A DNA stretch of 64,000 bases from Octopus vulgaris (GCA_951406725.2 OX597816.1:120962001-121026000), one strand, 5' to 3'. Numbered from the stretch's first letter, positions 36,760 through 51,351 are shown. The notes: generated by a model from the sequence alone, not told the origin. Program-made: numbers and translations.

Positions 36760-37157
36760 GGCGGCGACCTGGCAGAAAAGTTAGCACGCCAGGCGAAATG
36801 CTTAGCGGTATTTCGTTTGCCGCTACGTTCTGAGTTCAAATTCCGCCGAGGTCGACTTTGCCTTTCATCCTTTCGGGGTCGATTAAATAAGTACCAGTTA
36901 CGCACTGGTGTTGATATAATTGACTTAATCCGTTTGTCCCCTCTGTGTGTAGCCCCTTGTGGGCAGTAAAGAAATAAGGAAAGCTTAGCGCTATTTCGTC
37001 CGTATTCATGTTCTGAGTTCAAATTCCGCCGAGGTCGACTTTACCAGTCATCCTGTCGGAGTCGATAAAATAAATACAGTTGAGTACTGGGGTCGATGCA
37101 ATCGACTTAACCCCTCGCCCCAAATTTCAGGCCTTGTGCCTATAATCAGAAGGATAT
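36760..37157 (+). mobile_element. Two tandem SINE family M copies (36760-36978 full; 36983-37157 truncated, alternative tail)
   Basis: The shared core gagttcaaattccgccgaggtcgacttt occurs twice. Confidence 0.92.
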
Positions 37158-38114
37158 TAGAGGGAATAATGAAAATTAGAGAGGAGAGTTGACAAGTAAA
37201 CGAAACAGTGAAAGTATTTAGATAAAAATCCTTACTTTATTAAAATTTCCTTGTTTTTTGAGATGATTTTCCGGTTTTTTTTTTCATGTACTTTACCAAA
37301 ACACATTAAATATCAATAAAATATATGACTGTTTAAATAATACGCATATATATAAAGAAAAAACAACTAAGTTTACAATTCATTTATGCAATATTTTATC
37401 AAGAACTCAAAAATGCCATCTAATAATAACAAAAAAAAGAGAGAGAAAACATGAAAATATTAAAATTTCTGATTATGAACAACTGCTTTTAAGAAATTAA
37501 CTTTTGCTTCAGAATCGTGATTTTTTACATGTTGCTGATGCGTTTCTTCACGACTGTGTTTCTTTTTTTGACTGGTTTCTCCTCAATAGATAAGTTTTTT
37601 TGCAATCCTGCATCTGTTTTGAATTTGCTGTGATTAATATATTCTTCGTAGCGGAATTAGATATATGATTTATTCCCTTTGTTAGCTCTCTTATATAACC
37701 GCACCCTCGTATTTACGTTACACATTGAACAAAACGAGCTCAAAACAACACTCCGGGAATCAACGATTTGACATTCGACTCCCTGCGTTAATGAAACAGT
37801 TTGTTTTATTTTTACTATGTACATAACTAAACTGAATCAAACATTAGAAAACGAAACCATAGTATCAATTATATAACATCGTGACATTCTGATTTGTATA
37901 ATAACGATGAATTGACCAAGCGAGGGTTATGAACGAATACATACACGGATCTATGTTTTAGGAACATGGATCAAATTTCGTTTTGCCACACAGTAAAAAT
38001 GTTCGGCAGTAACGAAATCTCGACTTTGAGGCTCATCGAATGAATCGACTTTACCAATAAAGTAAGGGGTTGGCCGACTATTGATCATGCAAATCTTGAT
38101 ATCTTCTAACTTCA

Positions 38115-38440
38115 AATAGTTCCAGTCATTGGACTGCGGCTGTATGGACCCCAGTATGTTTTTTTTTTTTTAAGTCTGGTACTTATTCTATCGGTTACTT
38201 AGAATAAGTTACGGGGACATAAACAAACCAACACCCATTGTCAAGTGGTGGTACACACACACACACACATACATACATGATTGGTTTCTTTCAGTTTCCG
38301 TCTAACAAATCCACTTACAAAGCTCTGGTCAACCCGGAGCTATTATAGAAGACACTTGCCTAACGAACCATGAAGTAGGACTGAATCCAGAACCATATGC
38401 TTGGGAAGCAGACTCTTTTATACTGCACAATCACGTCTGC
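38115..38440 (-). mobile_element. SINE family B
   Basis: Reverse complement of 57305-57703, diverged. Confidence 0.85.
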
Positions 38441-38602
38441 TTCCATGAATTATGCATGTAAAATAGTGTGGAAAATATCTAAAATTTATTTTTAAAATCG
38501 ATGAAAAAATATAATCGATGTCATCTCGAAAATGTTTCTAAATACACTCAGGTACAGCACAGTTACTTATTTTGTGTTTTTGAAGAATGATACCGTTTAC
38601 CA

Positions 38603-38967
38603 TTTACTTGTTTCAGTCTGCGACCATGCTGGGACACCGCCTTGAAGAATAAATCAACCCCAGTACTTAATTTTTTGCTATGTCTAGTACTTTTTGTATT
38701 GGTCTGTTTTGCCAACTGCTAAGTTATGGGGACGTAAACACACCAACACCGGTTGTCAAGTGGTAGTTGTGGGGAACACACACATACACGCACACACACA
38801 CATACGACGGGCTTCTTTCAGTTTCCGTCTACCACATCCACTCACAAGCTTTTGGTTGGCTCAAGGCTATAGTAGCAGGCACTTGCCGAAGGTGCCACGC
38901 AGTAGGACTGAACCCGAAACCATGCGGTTGGGAAGCAATATTCTTACCACACAGCTACTACTCTGCC
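38603..38967 (-). mobile_element. SINE family B
   Basis: Reverse complement of 57305-57703. Confidence 0.88.
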
Positions 38968-39355
38968 TGTATTTTATTTCTTTAACTTTTATTTCTGACA
39001 CCTGCTTATTCATTCTTGAAAGGATGATCAGATGATCTCTTTGCCAAGGGAGAGAAAGAAAAGAAAAAAAGAAAGCGCGTTGGAATTATGAAGGAAACAT
39101 GTCTATGGGTCGGTAATTCACGTCAATGTAGATTTTTTGATCTATCCTTCATTATTAGGCAGGATCATCCTTCGAACATTAAATCGGATATTTAAATTTT
39201 TGTAGGTCACACAGGTGTTGAAACATATAAACTAATTCTATTCTGTGCGAGGGTAAAAAGTTGTTTGGTCGGTACCACCCTTTATAAACGCTACCATATA
39301 GAATAATAATATTTACCAAAATAAGGGAGTAGCATAAAGGAGCTCATAATAAAAC

Positions 39356-39407
<52 letters not shown>

Positions 39408-39408
39408 A

Positions 39409-39918
<510 letters not shown>

Positions 39919-40023
39919 TGATGATGATGATGGTGATGGTGATGGTGATGGTGATGATGATGATGATGATGATAATGATAATAATAATAATAATAATATT
40001 AATAATAATAATAATAATAATAA

Positions 40024-40222
40024 TGGCTTCAAATTTTGGCACAAGGCCTGAAATTTCGGAGAGCGGGGTAAGTCGATTACACTAGTGTTCTACTGGTACT
40101 TATTTTATTGACCTCGAAGGGGGTGAGGCAACGTCGATCTCGGCGGATTTTGAACTCAGAACGAAAAAATTTACGAAATGCCACTAAACGTCTAGCACGA
40201 CGTACTCACGATTCTTCCAGCT
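40024..40222 (-). mobile_element. SINE family M with (ATT)n tail
   Basis: Diverged core; tail ccttgtgccaaaatttgaagcc(att)n. Confidence 0.78.
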
Positions 40223-40225
40223 CAT

Positions 40226-40896
40226 CCCCTTGCACACCTCTGCTGTGCCGCATCTGCAATAGAGTGGGTGAAACTATTGCTCACATCACGAACGAATGCT
40301 CTAGACTTGCCCAAAACTATTACTAGTCGTGGCGACACGACCAGGCAGCGAAAGTGCTACATTGGAAACGGCCAAAAGTGAGGACTAGAGAGAGGCAAGA
40401 CGTGGTATGAGCACAAACCGCAGAGAGTAGTAGAGTCGGAGACTAGTAAAATCCTCTGAGATTTCCCAATCCAAACAGACCAGGTGCTAGAGCATAACAG
40501 ACCGGACCTAGTGGTGGTGGACAAGGTGCACTGCATATGCTATATAGTTGATGTTGCATGCCCCTTTGACCCACGAATAATCAAGAAGACAAAAAGATAG
40601 TTAGATACAAACCTCTTAAGTACGAAATAGCCTGGCTATGGAAAACGAAGAAGGTGAAGATAGTACCAATTACTGTTGGGTTCTTGGGAACAGTATCAGA
40701 AGGCACCAAGAGGAATATAAAGGAAATTGGAATAGAGTGCTCATCAGAACTATGTTTGCCTCCTTGGCACGGCCAGAATAATCAGGAAAGTATTATATAA
40801 CTGAAGAGAACGAATAGCATGGTACCGTAGGCTGCAGGTAGTAAGCCCGTTACGCATGCAAGACTCCAGGAGCTCCAACAAAACCAGTGATGAAGA

Positions 40897-40897
<1 letters not shown>
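40226..40897 (+). mobile_element. R4/Dong family C 3' region (CCHC knuckle + RLE)
   Basis: CRICNRVGETIAHITNEC...WRHDQAAKVLHW, HNRPDLVVVDK...IVDVACPFD and LGTARIIRKVL. Ends in (AAT)n. Confidence 0.92.
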
Positions 40898-40958
<61 letters not shown>

Positions 40959-40972
40959 CAATAATAATAATA

Positions 40973-41418
40973 ATCCTTACTACTAATGGCATAAGACCTG
41001 GAATTTGGAGGGAGGGGTAAGTCGGTTACATCGACCCAAGTACTTAAGTGGTACCAAATTTATCGACCCCGAAAGGATGAAAGACAAAGTCGACTTCGAC
41101 AGAATGTGAACTCAGAATGTAAATCGGACGAAATATCGCTAAGTATTTTGCCCGGGGTGCTAACGATTCTGCTAGCACGCCGCCTTAATAATAATAGTAA
41201 TAATGGTTTCAAATTGTGCCACAAAGGCAGGAATTTGGGGGTAGGGGATGAGCCTCTTACATTGCCCGCGGTTTTCAACTGGTACTTATTTAATCGACCC
41301 CGTTAGGATGAAAGGCAAAGTCGACGTCGGCAAAATTTGAACCCAGAACGTAATGACGGACGGAATGCCGCTAAGCATTTCGCCCGGCGTTCTAACGATT
41401 CTGCTAGCCGTCATCTTA
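40973..41418 (-). mobile_element. Two SINE family M copies (40973-41187, 41203-41418) in (AAT)n
   Basis: Each has head, B-box and core on the minus strand. Confidence 0.88.
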
Positions 41419-41599
41419 ATAATAATAATAATAATAATAATGATGATGATGATGATGATGACGACGACGACGACAACAACAACAACAACAATAATAATGG
41501 AATGCTTGTAAATACTACAAAATTAAATCTCATGATAAGTGGTATAGGCACCATCCAGAGGATGTAGTAAATGGCGAGGGCGTCACCATCCTTTGGAAC

Positions 41600-42070
41600 G
41601 TCTCAATACAAACAGTCAGAAAAATTGACTCCAATCGACCAGACATTGTAATCAAGGACTACAATAGAGGAACTTGTCAGTTAATAGATATGTCAGTCCC
41701 ACAAGATCAAAATTTATCAAGAAAAGAATACGAAAAGCTTTCTCACTATAAAGATCTGCAAATTGAAATCACAAAAATGCGGAAGCTTAGTACTACGATA
41801 ACACCAGTAGTGATTGATGCGTTGGGAATGATAAAGAAGGGAGCTGAGAAGTATATTAAGCAACTCCTTGGTAACTCTAATCTCCGTGAAGTACAAAAGA
41901 TAACCTTGAGGGGTTCAGCCCATATACTACGGAAGGCACTCTCCATCTAAAATGGAATAAATGTGATAATTTCAGCATGCATAACAAAAGTGCCCTTGCA
42001 GCTCTTGGCCTCCGGAGGATGCCCGGTACTAAGGCAGCCGAAATAAAGTTATAATGAAAAGAAACCATAA
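41600..42070 (+). mobile_element. R4/Dong family D 3' end
   Basis: NRPDIVIKD...LIDMSVPQD...KLSHYKDLQIEI...PVVIDALG...SAHILRKALSI* (stop at 41950), UTR, then (AAT)n. Confidence 0.92.
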
Positions 42071-42076
42071 ATAATG

Positions 42077-42127
<51 letters not shown>

Positions 42128-42133
<6 letters not shown>

Positions 42134-42532
42134 CGGACGTAGTCTTAATTGAGAAAGAAAACAAACTATGCTGGATCATAGACATAGTATGCCCAGCTGA
42201 CAACAAGGTATGCGATAAGGAAGAAAGAAAAGTCGAGAGATATGACAGGTTAGCTTGGGAAGTTAAGCAGTTGTGGTCGATGAAAAAGGTAGCAGTAGTA
42301 CCAATAATTGTCGAAGCCCTGGGAACAGTGAGCAAAAATCTCGAGAAGTACGTGGAACAAATAGGGGCTGCAATAAAGGTGGAGCACTTGCAGAAAACAG
42401 CACTCCTTGGAACCGCTCGAATACTCCGGAAGGTGCTCGAATAATAATAGGTGTTACCTTAGTTCACTGGTGGTGAACAGCTGACACTGTTATACCTGTA
42501 ATACATCTCCAGCGTTAGAAGCTGTGCAAAAG

Positions 42533-42533
<1 letters not shown>
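42128..42533 (+). mobile_element. R4/Dong family E 3' end
   Basis: KSDVVLIEKENKLCWIIDIVCPAD...KVERYDRLAWEVKQLW...QKTALLGTARILRKVLE* is an uninterrupted frame. Confidence 0.92.
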
Positions 42534-42625
<92 letters not shown>

Positions 42626-42841
42626 TAGTCAAGACGAAGAGCGCGATTTGATTGTAAGATATTCTATTAGTTGTTTTATTATCTGTCTTTGTCAAGATCA
42701 AAATAAGAAGTGATAAAAATTCAAAATTACAGAAATTTAAACATAAAGTATGAACGAGAGCAACCAGCGTCCACACGTTGATGAAATGACATCATCAGTT
42801 TTTAAGTTACACACACACACATACACACACACGCATATATC

Positions 42842-42877
<36 letters not shown>

Positions 42878-42889
42878 TGTATGTATGTA

Positions 42890-42920
<31 letters not shown>

Positions 42921-43133
42921 ATTCGCGCATGCGCACCGCGTGTGTTATTTTTACAAGGATAAAGCTGAAATAATTTTCGAAGTTTCAGCTTGTTCCCTTC
43001 ATAAAGCTCTCTGATGAAGGCGAGCAAGATGAAGCTTTGAAGTCACTGTCAATATTTTCGGTGCAAAAGTTGAGTAATCTTTCAGTTTAGTGTTAAACTA
43101 TTTTGTATAAAACTTCACATAAGGCAAGCACTA

Positions 43134-43172
<39 letters not shown>

Positions 43173-43363
43173 TACACGCACGCGCGCGCGCGCGCATATG
43201 TTAGCTTGTAAAGTATCATTTCGTTTCTAAAAGGATATGGATGGTGTGGTACCATCCATGCACTTTTCAAAGTTACGAGTCGAAAATTCAAAATCAGGTC
43301 ACCGATTCGATTGACTGGTAACCTACTCGTACCAATTGTTTTAATAATAATCAGTCATAAAAC

Positions 43364-43428
<65 letters not shown>

Positions 43429-43637
43429 GTAATAATAATAAATAGCGGCCTTTATAATTATGCACTGAGACTTTTGTTTATAGAAGCGAAGCAGTGGGAT
43501 GTTGTGACGTACATGTATTTTATTTAATGAAATGAGGTGAAACTTTTCAAACCGAGGTTCGAAACACATTCTATTAATAACAACAATAAAACCATGGACA
43601 ATGCAACAAGAGCAAGCAATGAAAAGAAATAATAAAA

Positions 43638-43729
<92 letters not shown>

Positions 43730-43989
43730 CACACGCACTAATCATACAGGTGCATGCATATGTATATATATATATGCGTACGCAGACACATACATACCGA
43801 GGCATACAAAGCAAGCTCTGTCTCTCTCTCTCTCTCGTTCGTACGCAGACATGAATAAAAGTTCACGCCTGTGTAAGCTCACACATGATTACGTGCGAAG
43901 GAAAACTGTGACGTGGATTGTTAACATTTGTTTGTTGGGGGAGGAGAAAAGAGACAATCTTAATATTTTTTTACATGTCCTCCCACACT

Positions 43990-44482
43990 AATGATATCTA
44001 TGTTGACGTTTACTTTGAACTTTTGGATAAGTGACGTTCGTAGAAAAAAAAAATGGGCCAAGAGCGGTGATTTTTCTGAAAAACGCATTTTCAAGGAAGA
44101 AACTATTGGTAGTGTAGAGGTTGAAAGAGCTGTGGACCAGTATTGTAGTGTGTTACGAGTGAGTTTGGTCAATTGCAGGGTGGTCTTTTTTTTATGTGTA
44201 ATGAAGCCTACATTGTTTGGAAATATGATATATGGAAGACTGCCATGAAAGATAATCATAAATTATAAAACCCCAAATTTGTAACCATTTTGAGGATTTG
44301 AGATGCGTGTTGTCCGTGATGTCTTGAGACATAGCCAAACTGTGCAGGTGCCCAGGGTCCGCACAGATCTAGGGGCTCAATTCTGATCCATGTATGCTTT
44401 GCCTTGCTGTCAATAAATAAATACCATAGGGCCCAGTACACTGATTTTCCCGGGGGTCTACAATGCTGCTTAGAGGGCCCTG
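43990..44482 (+). mobile_element. hAT-like DNA transposon 3' remnant
   Basis: IGSVEVERAVDQY resembles the hAT dimerisation SxxxERxFS motif. End ctacaatgctgcttagagggccctg resembles CAGGGCC-type TIRs. Confidence 0.5.
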
Positions 44483-45020
44483 TGTTGTTCATATTTAGGG
44501 CAACTGTTGTAGTACAGGACTACTAATATGTTGAAGGATTATGTTTTGCTGTTTGTTGGATGAGACCAGTCTGGCGTGTTACTGTTGAAAGGTAGTTTCC
44601 GTGTCACTATTCACTTCATTTAATTGCTTCTGGATGCTGCTTGTACACTGAAGATTAAAGAGGAATGGAAGGTAACTCTAAACTTCATAGTAATGTGTAA
44701 CTGTCATAAGTGGCAGTATATATGTAAATTGCATATTAATGTACAGAAGGAAGAATAGAGATTAATCAAGCTTTGATATGCATCAGAGTCGATAAAATGA
44801 GGGCAGGTGAGACCATCGTTAATATATGCTGTGATGAATCAGTCTGGTAAGAAGCTTCAGATCCAAGCGATGTGAGACAAATGAAACTCCTTACGAGGAA
44901 GCTCTCAGGTCAAACACAAGAGAAATCTTTGTTATGTCAAGAACAATGAGATTGCCTTTGCCGAAGTTCTCAAGAGCAAATGTATTTCTTACGAGGGCAA
45001 AATTATGATGGTCAACGAGA

Positions 45021-45075
<55 letters not shown>

Positions 45076-45674
45076 CGGGTAGGGAGAGAATGGATCATGA
45101 TAAAGAAGCAGATTGTTTATTACTATCTTCATTAACTATGAGATATTGGAACCAAAGGTTCCAGATGAGAGAATCTAATAGGCTGGCCTATTTAAGAATG
45201 GGACACACTCTCATATGCTTCTAAAGCTCGAAAAAGATCACAGTATTGATGGATTACACTCCGGACCAATGAACTTCTTGGAATTAAATGATTAGATATG
45301 GTTTCTGATTTGAGGACTAAGTGTACTGATATTGAGGTGGAATAATGGACAAGAAAAGTTCTGTTGTATGGAGGGAGTTAAAAGCAAAACGGGCAGCAAA
45401 TATGGTAAACTTATAAACGGATAAAAAAAACTCCTTATGGAACAATCTCAGTTGAAGAGTGGTGAATAGGAAGATAGTACAAAGTTTGTATGGATCGTCT
45501 ATGCAAATATTTAGCAGACATTGCTACAGTTCGGGGGTTAAGAGAACCGCAGATTGTTCAATGAACATGTATATCATTTACTTTCCTCAATATCATCTTG
45601 TTATCACTGTGGTGGTGGGCAAAAACTTCTTTCTGGTGAAGGGGAGTGACTTGCTGCAAGTGTTGTAAGTATAT

Positions 45675-45900
45675 TCTTCTTCATCATCATCGTCATCCTA
45701 GTCAGGTGTTGCACTATGCGATGCTGTGGTCATCACGATGTCTTGCCATCTTCTCCTGTCTGAGAATAAAGACAATCCTGTGGCTGCGATGTCTTTCAGC
45801 CAAGAAGTAGGTGGTCTGCCTCTTTTACGTCTGCCGTTATCATGATTTCGTAATATTCTTCATATGAATCCTTTAACACGGCAATAAATAAAGCACGTGA
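45675..45900 (-). mobile_element. RTE-clade LINE 3' end
   Basis: GRRKRGRPPTSWLKDI...DRRRWQDIV...* followed by a (gat)n(gaa)n tail. Confidence 0.78.
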
Positions 45901-46475
45901 AGTCTGAGGATTTTTTCTGATTGTGTGAAGAATATGGAGTGTCATGTTTCGAAGGATGATATCAGTTGCTTACTTAGCTGTTCCGGATAGATCATAGTGA
46001 TAGGACAGATTGATTGTAGACATAGCTGCCAAGAAAAGAATTAGTATAGTTCCAAACTTTCAATGAACTTGGGATATTAGAAAGTTTAGGATTTGTAACT
46101 TTTATTTAGAAAAATAATGTGAGGTCGATTAACTTGATTAGGTGAAGGATCAGATAATCTGATAGGGAAATAGACACTGATAGTCAAGTACAGATATGAT
46201 AAAGAGATCAAAGGTGTATAGAGAGTTGCGTATATCAGGAGTACAAGCCTTTGTTATTGTTTATCACAAGGTCAGCCCTGATCAGACACACACGCGCGCA
46301 CATACACACATATGCAAACATACATGCATGCATACATACATACATACATACATACATACATACACAAACATTCAATTATATACACTCAGCTACATACATT
46401 CAACTCAACTCCTCTGGACTACTACGCTGGTACTTATTTTATCTATTCTAGATGAATGAAAAGCATTGTGTGTGT

Positions 46476-46551
<76 letters not shown>

Positions 46552-46577
46552 AATAGAGAGAGAGCGAGAGAGAAAGA

Positions 46578-46608
<31 letters not shown>

Positions 46609-46934
46609 TGTGTGTGTGTGTGTGTGTGTAGACTTGGCAGGAGTTTGAACCTATTTCCAGTTTGAGCGTACCAAACTATATACTAGAAGATATTTGGTCG
46701 GGCGCTCCTTGATTTTGATGCCCGATAAAACGCCTATAAATTTCTAAATCCCTTATTAAATAACATGAAATATTTTGATGAGGTGGTGAGTAGAATCCAG
46801 GAGAAAGAAGTCTCAAGAAAAAATATGCAGAAAAAAAAACAGGAACAGAAAAAGTCACAATTAAAAAGTCACTGGAGAAAATCACTGTCAAACTGGCGTG
46901 TCACTTTTCCAGTGTGAAGAAGCGACAGTGAACA

Positions 46935-47028
46935 TGGAGTGCTCAGCCACTTGCACGTTAATTTTATGAGCTGGCTGTTCCGTTGATCGGATCAACTATA
47001 ACCCAAGTCGTCGTAACCGATGGAGTGC
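46935..47028 (+). mobile_element. SINE tail X fragment
   Basis: tggagtgctcagccacttgcacgttaattt...cgtaaccgatggagtgc. Confidence 0.87.
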
Positions 47029-47090
47029 AGTGTAGTGTAGAAGTCATGTCCTGTCAGTAACTGATCTTAAACATTTTTGGTTTTATTGAA

Positions 47091-47401
47091 CTGGCACTCC
47101 GTCGGTTACGATGACGAGGGTTCGAGTTAATCCGATCAAAAAAAAAAAAAAAAACCCAGCCTGCTCATGAAATTAACGTGCAAGTGGCTGAGCACTCCAG
47201 AAACACGCGTACTGTAACGTAGTCCTCGGAGAGATTCAGCATGGGACAGAATGTGACAAGGCTGGCTTTTTGAATTACAGGTACTAATCATTTTTGCCAG
47301 CTGAGTGGATAAATAAATTTTTTGGTCAAGGACAGAACACGCTGCCGGGAATCGAACTCACGACTACGTGTTGAATATCGTAACCACTAAGCCACGCGCC
47401 T
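47091..47401 (-). mobile_element. SINE head A with tail X
   Basis: ggcgcgtggcttagtggtta head, gagttcgattccc B-box, tail X. Confidence 0.87.
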
Positions 47402-47436
47402 TTATTCATGCTTTATCATTACATTAATTGTTTATG

Positions 47437-47595
47437 GTTCAAATTCCGCCGAGGTCGACTTAGCTTTTCTTCCTTTCGGGGTCGATAAATTAAGTACCAG
47501 TTACGCACTGCGATCGATCTAATCGACTTGATCCCTTTGTCTGCCCTTGTTTGTCCCCTCTATGTTTAGCCCCTTGTGGGCAATAAAGAAATATA
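47437..47595 (+). mobile_element. SINE family M, 5'-truncated with TSD
   Basis: att(a/c)attgtttatggt occurs on both sides (~47422 and ~47602). Confidence 0.9.
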
Positions 47596-48864
47596 GAAAT
47601 AATTCATTGTTTATGGTATTTAAATAAAATGTGACTTTTCTAGTGACTTTTTTTTCTAGCTAAAATCGTAACTTTTCCTGTGACTTTTTTTCCGAACACC
47701 AGTGGATCCGATTCCTAAAACCGATTCCTATTTCGAGTTGTAACAATTCCCATTCGTGTACATGAACCAATAAATGAAAAAATAAATAGGTAAATGAATG
47801 AATAAAAAGACATGGACGCGAATCAGTTTCATTTCCTTTCCCTTGTAAATTTGGGGCTTTGTGCCTATTATAAGAAATCTATTTCAATCCACAACGGCAT
47901 TGATTGAACACGGGTATACGATTAAAACATTTACCATAACAGTTCTCCCTCCTAATTGCGTCAGCTGATCGAAATGTACAAAGCTTTATTTAAATTATTT
48001 TATTATTAGTTTTTTGTTTTTCGGCTGAAAGGAAGAAAATTTGTGAATGAAGCGTAATCTTTGTCGCCCTATAAAACAGCTACAATTGTTAACAGGATGT
48101 AAAAAAATAAGCACTAATTACACTGTTTTGTATTGTGATTATAGATAAGCTTACCTCCGTCCCCACCCTAACCACATCACCGCCTCATTAATTGTATAAC
48201 GAGGTAACTAGCAGAAAATACACTTCTATAATTACTAGTACTTTATACTCTCTCGGGCTTCACAAGTCGCCCACAATTTAGATATTACTATAATGCTCCA
48301 GATCGGTTCCGTGTGTATAGGTATGATGACGATGTTGGTGGTGGTGGTAGTGTGGTGGTGCTGGTGGTGGCAGTGGCGACGGCGTCGGTGATGGTGGTGG
48401 TGGTTGTGGTTGTCGTCGTGGTGATATCTGTGATGATGGTGGCAGTGTTTGTGATGTAGGGTTGAAGTAAGTTTCCGGCGAATTTACTTCACGATCTGAT
48501 TTCGATTTTCGCGGACGGCTATGTCCAGACACTTGCACTGTTAATGCATTTGGTTGGTTTGGTTGGTTATTTCATTCATTTACATCGCTAATACCCGAAC
48601 CGCATACGAGTATGTATGTATATATGTATGTATGCATGCATGCATACATGTGTGTATGTATGTATGTATGTATGTATGTATGTATGTATGTATGTATGTA
48701 TGTATGTATGCATGTATGTATGTATGCATGTATGTATGCATGCATGCATGTATTTATCTATGTATGTATGCATGTATTTATCTATGTATGTATGCATGTA
48801 TGTACGTACCTATGTATGTATATATGCATGCACTCGTGTATGTATGCATGTATGTACATATGAA

Positions 48865-48965
<101 letters not shown>

Positions 48966-49435
48966 GCATATAAGTGTATGCATGTATATGTGTGTAAGTG
49001 TGTGTGTGCATTTGTTATAAGCGATGTTTTAGTTCAAAATACAGTATTAGTTCAAAATACCAATCCATATTTCGCGGAAAACTTGCTAAAGTGTGGTATT
49101 CGCCTTTAGAAAGCATCTCCTTTAAAAGTATAGTGTTAAAAAACAAATATATTAATAGCAGACGAAAATTATCCCGCAGTGACAGTAGCATTGCTTCTTT
49201 GAGCTTTGTTAGTAGCATGCACCCACTTGCAGCGCACACGTGCGCTCACTCACATGCACGCACAAACATGCACACACCGCGCGCATACACACGCACGCAC
49301 AAACATTCACACACGCGCACACACACGCACACGCACGCATACGCACACACATACATACAAACACACAAACACACGCAGGCACACATTTGTATAAAAACTA
49401 TTCAAGTACTCGCGACTGATGAAATTATTATCTTT

Positions 49436-49656
49436 ATTACTCTTTTACTCTTTTACTAATTTCATTATTTGACTGTGGCCATGCTGTAGCACCGCCTTCT
49501 AGTCGAACAAATCTACCCCAGGACGTATTCTTTATAAGCCTAGTACTTATTCTATCGGTGTCTTTTACCGAACCGCTAAGTTACGAGGTAGTAAACACAC
49601 CAATATCGGTTGTCAAGTATGATGGAGGAACAAACACCGATACGCAAACAAACACA

Positions 49657-49660
<4 letters not shown>
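49436..49660 (-). mobile_element. SINE family B, 3' half
   Basis: Matches the family tail. Confidence 0.87.
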
Positions 49661-49696
<36 letters not shown>

Positions 49697-50089
49697 TATT
49701 TATTTCATCTAGTTTCAGTTTACGAGCTGTGGCCATGCTGAGGCACCGCCATTTATATATCTCAAACAGAATGCAAAAATGGGACAAGAACGTAAGAGGC
49801 GACAACAAGACATCCAGACATTTAGATGATACGAAAAGAGACAAGAAAAAACAAGGAGGGGTCATTCGAATTTTCTTTCGTCAGTCGAGTTCTAGATTAT
49901 CTTTGCAGTTTAAGCTGGTTATACTCAAGACTGCTCCAATCTGGCAAGCCCCAAGAAAAATCTAAGCTAAGAGCACCAGATTCCTTAGCAGAAAGCAGCG
50001 AATGTATACGAAAACAAGGACGGAAAAAACTGAGAGATGGTACACAAATACAAATACAAACAACAGGGGACACACACACACAGTATGTG

Positions 50090-50440
50090 ACAATTGGTTG
50101 TCATAATAGAACTCATAGTTTCGGATGTCGGGGCTGAAGTCTGCTCCGGCATCTCAACATGTATTAAGACAAAGGTTACAATATATAATATAACTCTAAA
50201 AGACAGTAATTTTAGCGAGGAAAGGGTGTCAGCTATAAGATTCACTGGAAGATCTTGGCCAAGTATAAGCCTTATACTAACGGCAGTGGAAAGTGAGGTC
50301 TTTGCGATATGGAAAGATGGCTCATCTGGAAAAGTTCTTTAGGCCCCGCTACATGTCTAGATTCAAGAACTGAACATTTTGTGTCATGTCCACATATGGT
50401 AAAACATTTGCTACGTTTTTGGACCCCCACCCAAAGGTCA
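50090..50440 (+). mobile_element. Penelope-like element, GIY-YIG C-terminal fragment
   Basis: KGVSYKIHWKILAKYKPYTNGSGK*GLCDMERWLIW...LDSRTEHFVSCPHMVKHLL matches the IxWKIL..Y..CxLCxxE..LNxRxE...CxH pattern. Confidence 0.8.
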
Positions 50441-50808
50441 CAGATAGAACTTGCTTTTTATATTATGTCCACGTAAAGCCTTCCATATATCTTAACATCT
50501 CTTATATATTTTTTCTGTATATTATTTTTCACCCTTTATAATTGTGTAACTTATGCGCGTGTAGTATATACCTAATGTGTATGTGGGTGCATATATACAT
50601 GTGTACGAATGATTGTATATATACGAGTGTAAAACTCTACCTGTTGTACTTGTCTCCTTCCTTCATACATATCTGTATGTATATATGTTTATATATCTGC
50701 AGGTGTAGATGTATTTGACAGACAAGAGGGTGTATTTGTGTATATACATATATAACTCATATGTATATTCAAGCTTTGCGGCGAATGTGAATATTTTATG
50801 GTTTATAT

Positions 50809-51030
50809 TTTTTGCGTATGTGTTTTTATTTGTATATACGTCTATCCGCGTATGTAAGCGCATGTGCGTATAGACTACATTTTGTATATCCGCGTATGTA
50901 TGTATGTGCATATGAACATAATGATGCGTGCGTTTTTGCGTATGCGTTTCTATTTGTATATACGTCTTTCCGCGTATGTATATGCATGTGCGTATAAACT
51001 ACGTTTTGCATATCCGCGTATGTATGTGTG
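50809..51030. repeat. Imperfect tandem duplication, period ~124 bp
   Basis: tttgcgtatg...tatttgtatatacgtct...tatccgcgtatgtatgt at 50811 and 50935. Confidence 0.85.
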
Positions 51031-51059
51031 TGTGTGCAAGAAGCCACAGTTTTATTATT

Positions 51060-51345
51060 ATTCCGCCGAGCCTTTCAGCTTATTGGGGTCGATGAAATAA
51101 GTACCATTTGAGCACTGGGGTCGATGTAATCGACTAGACCCATTCTCCGAAGTTCGGGCCTTGTGCCTGTTAGTAGAAAGGATTGTTATTATAGTTATTA
51201 TGTGTTGTTGATAGGTGAAATCATTAGAGTGATGGGTGCAGTGCCTTGTTATATTTTGTTCCTTATATTCTTAGTTCAAACTTCACGGAGACCAACTTTT
51301 GCCTTTCACCACTCTGGATCTGATAAAATTAAGAACCAGTCAAAA
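51060..51345 (+). mobile_element. Two degenerate SINE family M fragments
   Basis: ggggtcgatgaaataagtacc and gttcaaacttcacggagaccaacttttgcctttca. Confidence 0.7.
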
Positions 51346-51351
51346 TGAAGA

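Larger units (their letters stand above)
46790..47700. mobile_element. Foldback-type MITE with AAAAGTCAC / GTGACTTTT subterminal repeats, interrupted by SINEs
   Basis: The left block 46790-46890 has repeated aaaagtcac; the right block 47630-47700 has repeated gtgactttt. Confidence 0.6.

Noticed and set aside
45130-45500. Very decayed RT-like sequence
   Set aside because: Motif echoes are too weak to assign by eye.
49861-49926. Minus-strand CTGACGA motif (and CTGAAGA at ~3732) as permuted hammerheads
   Set aside because: The GAAA box is mutated and no convincing stems form in these copies.
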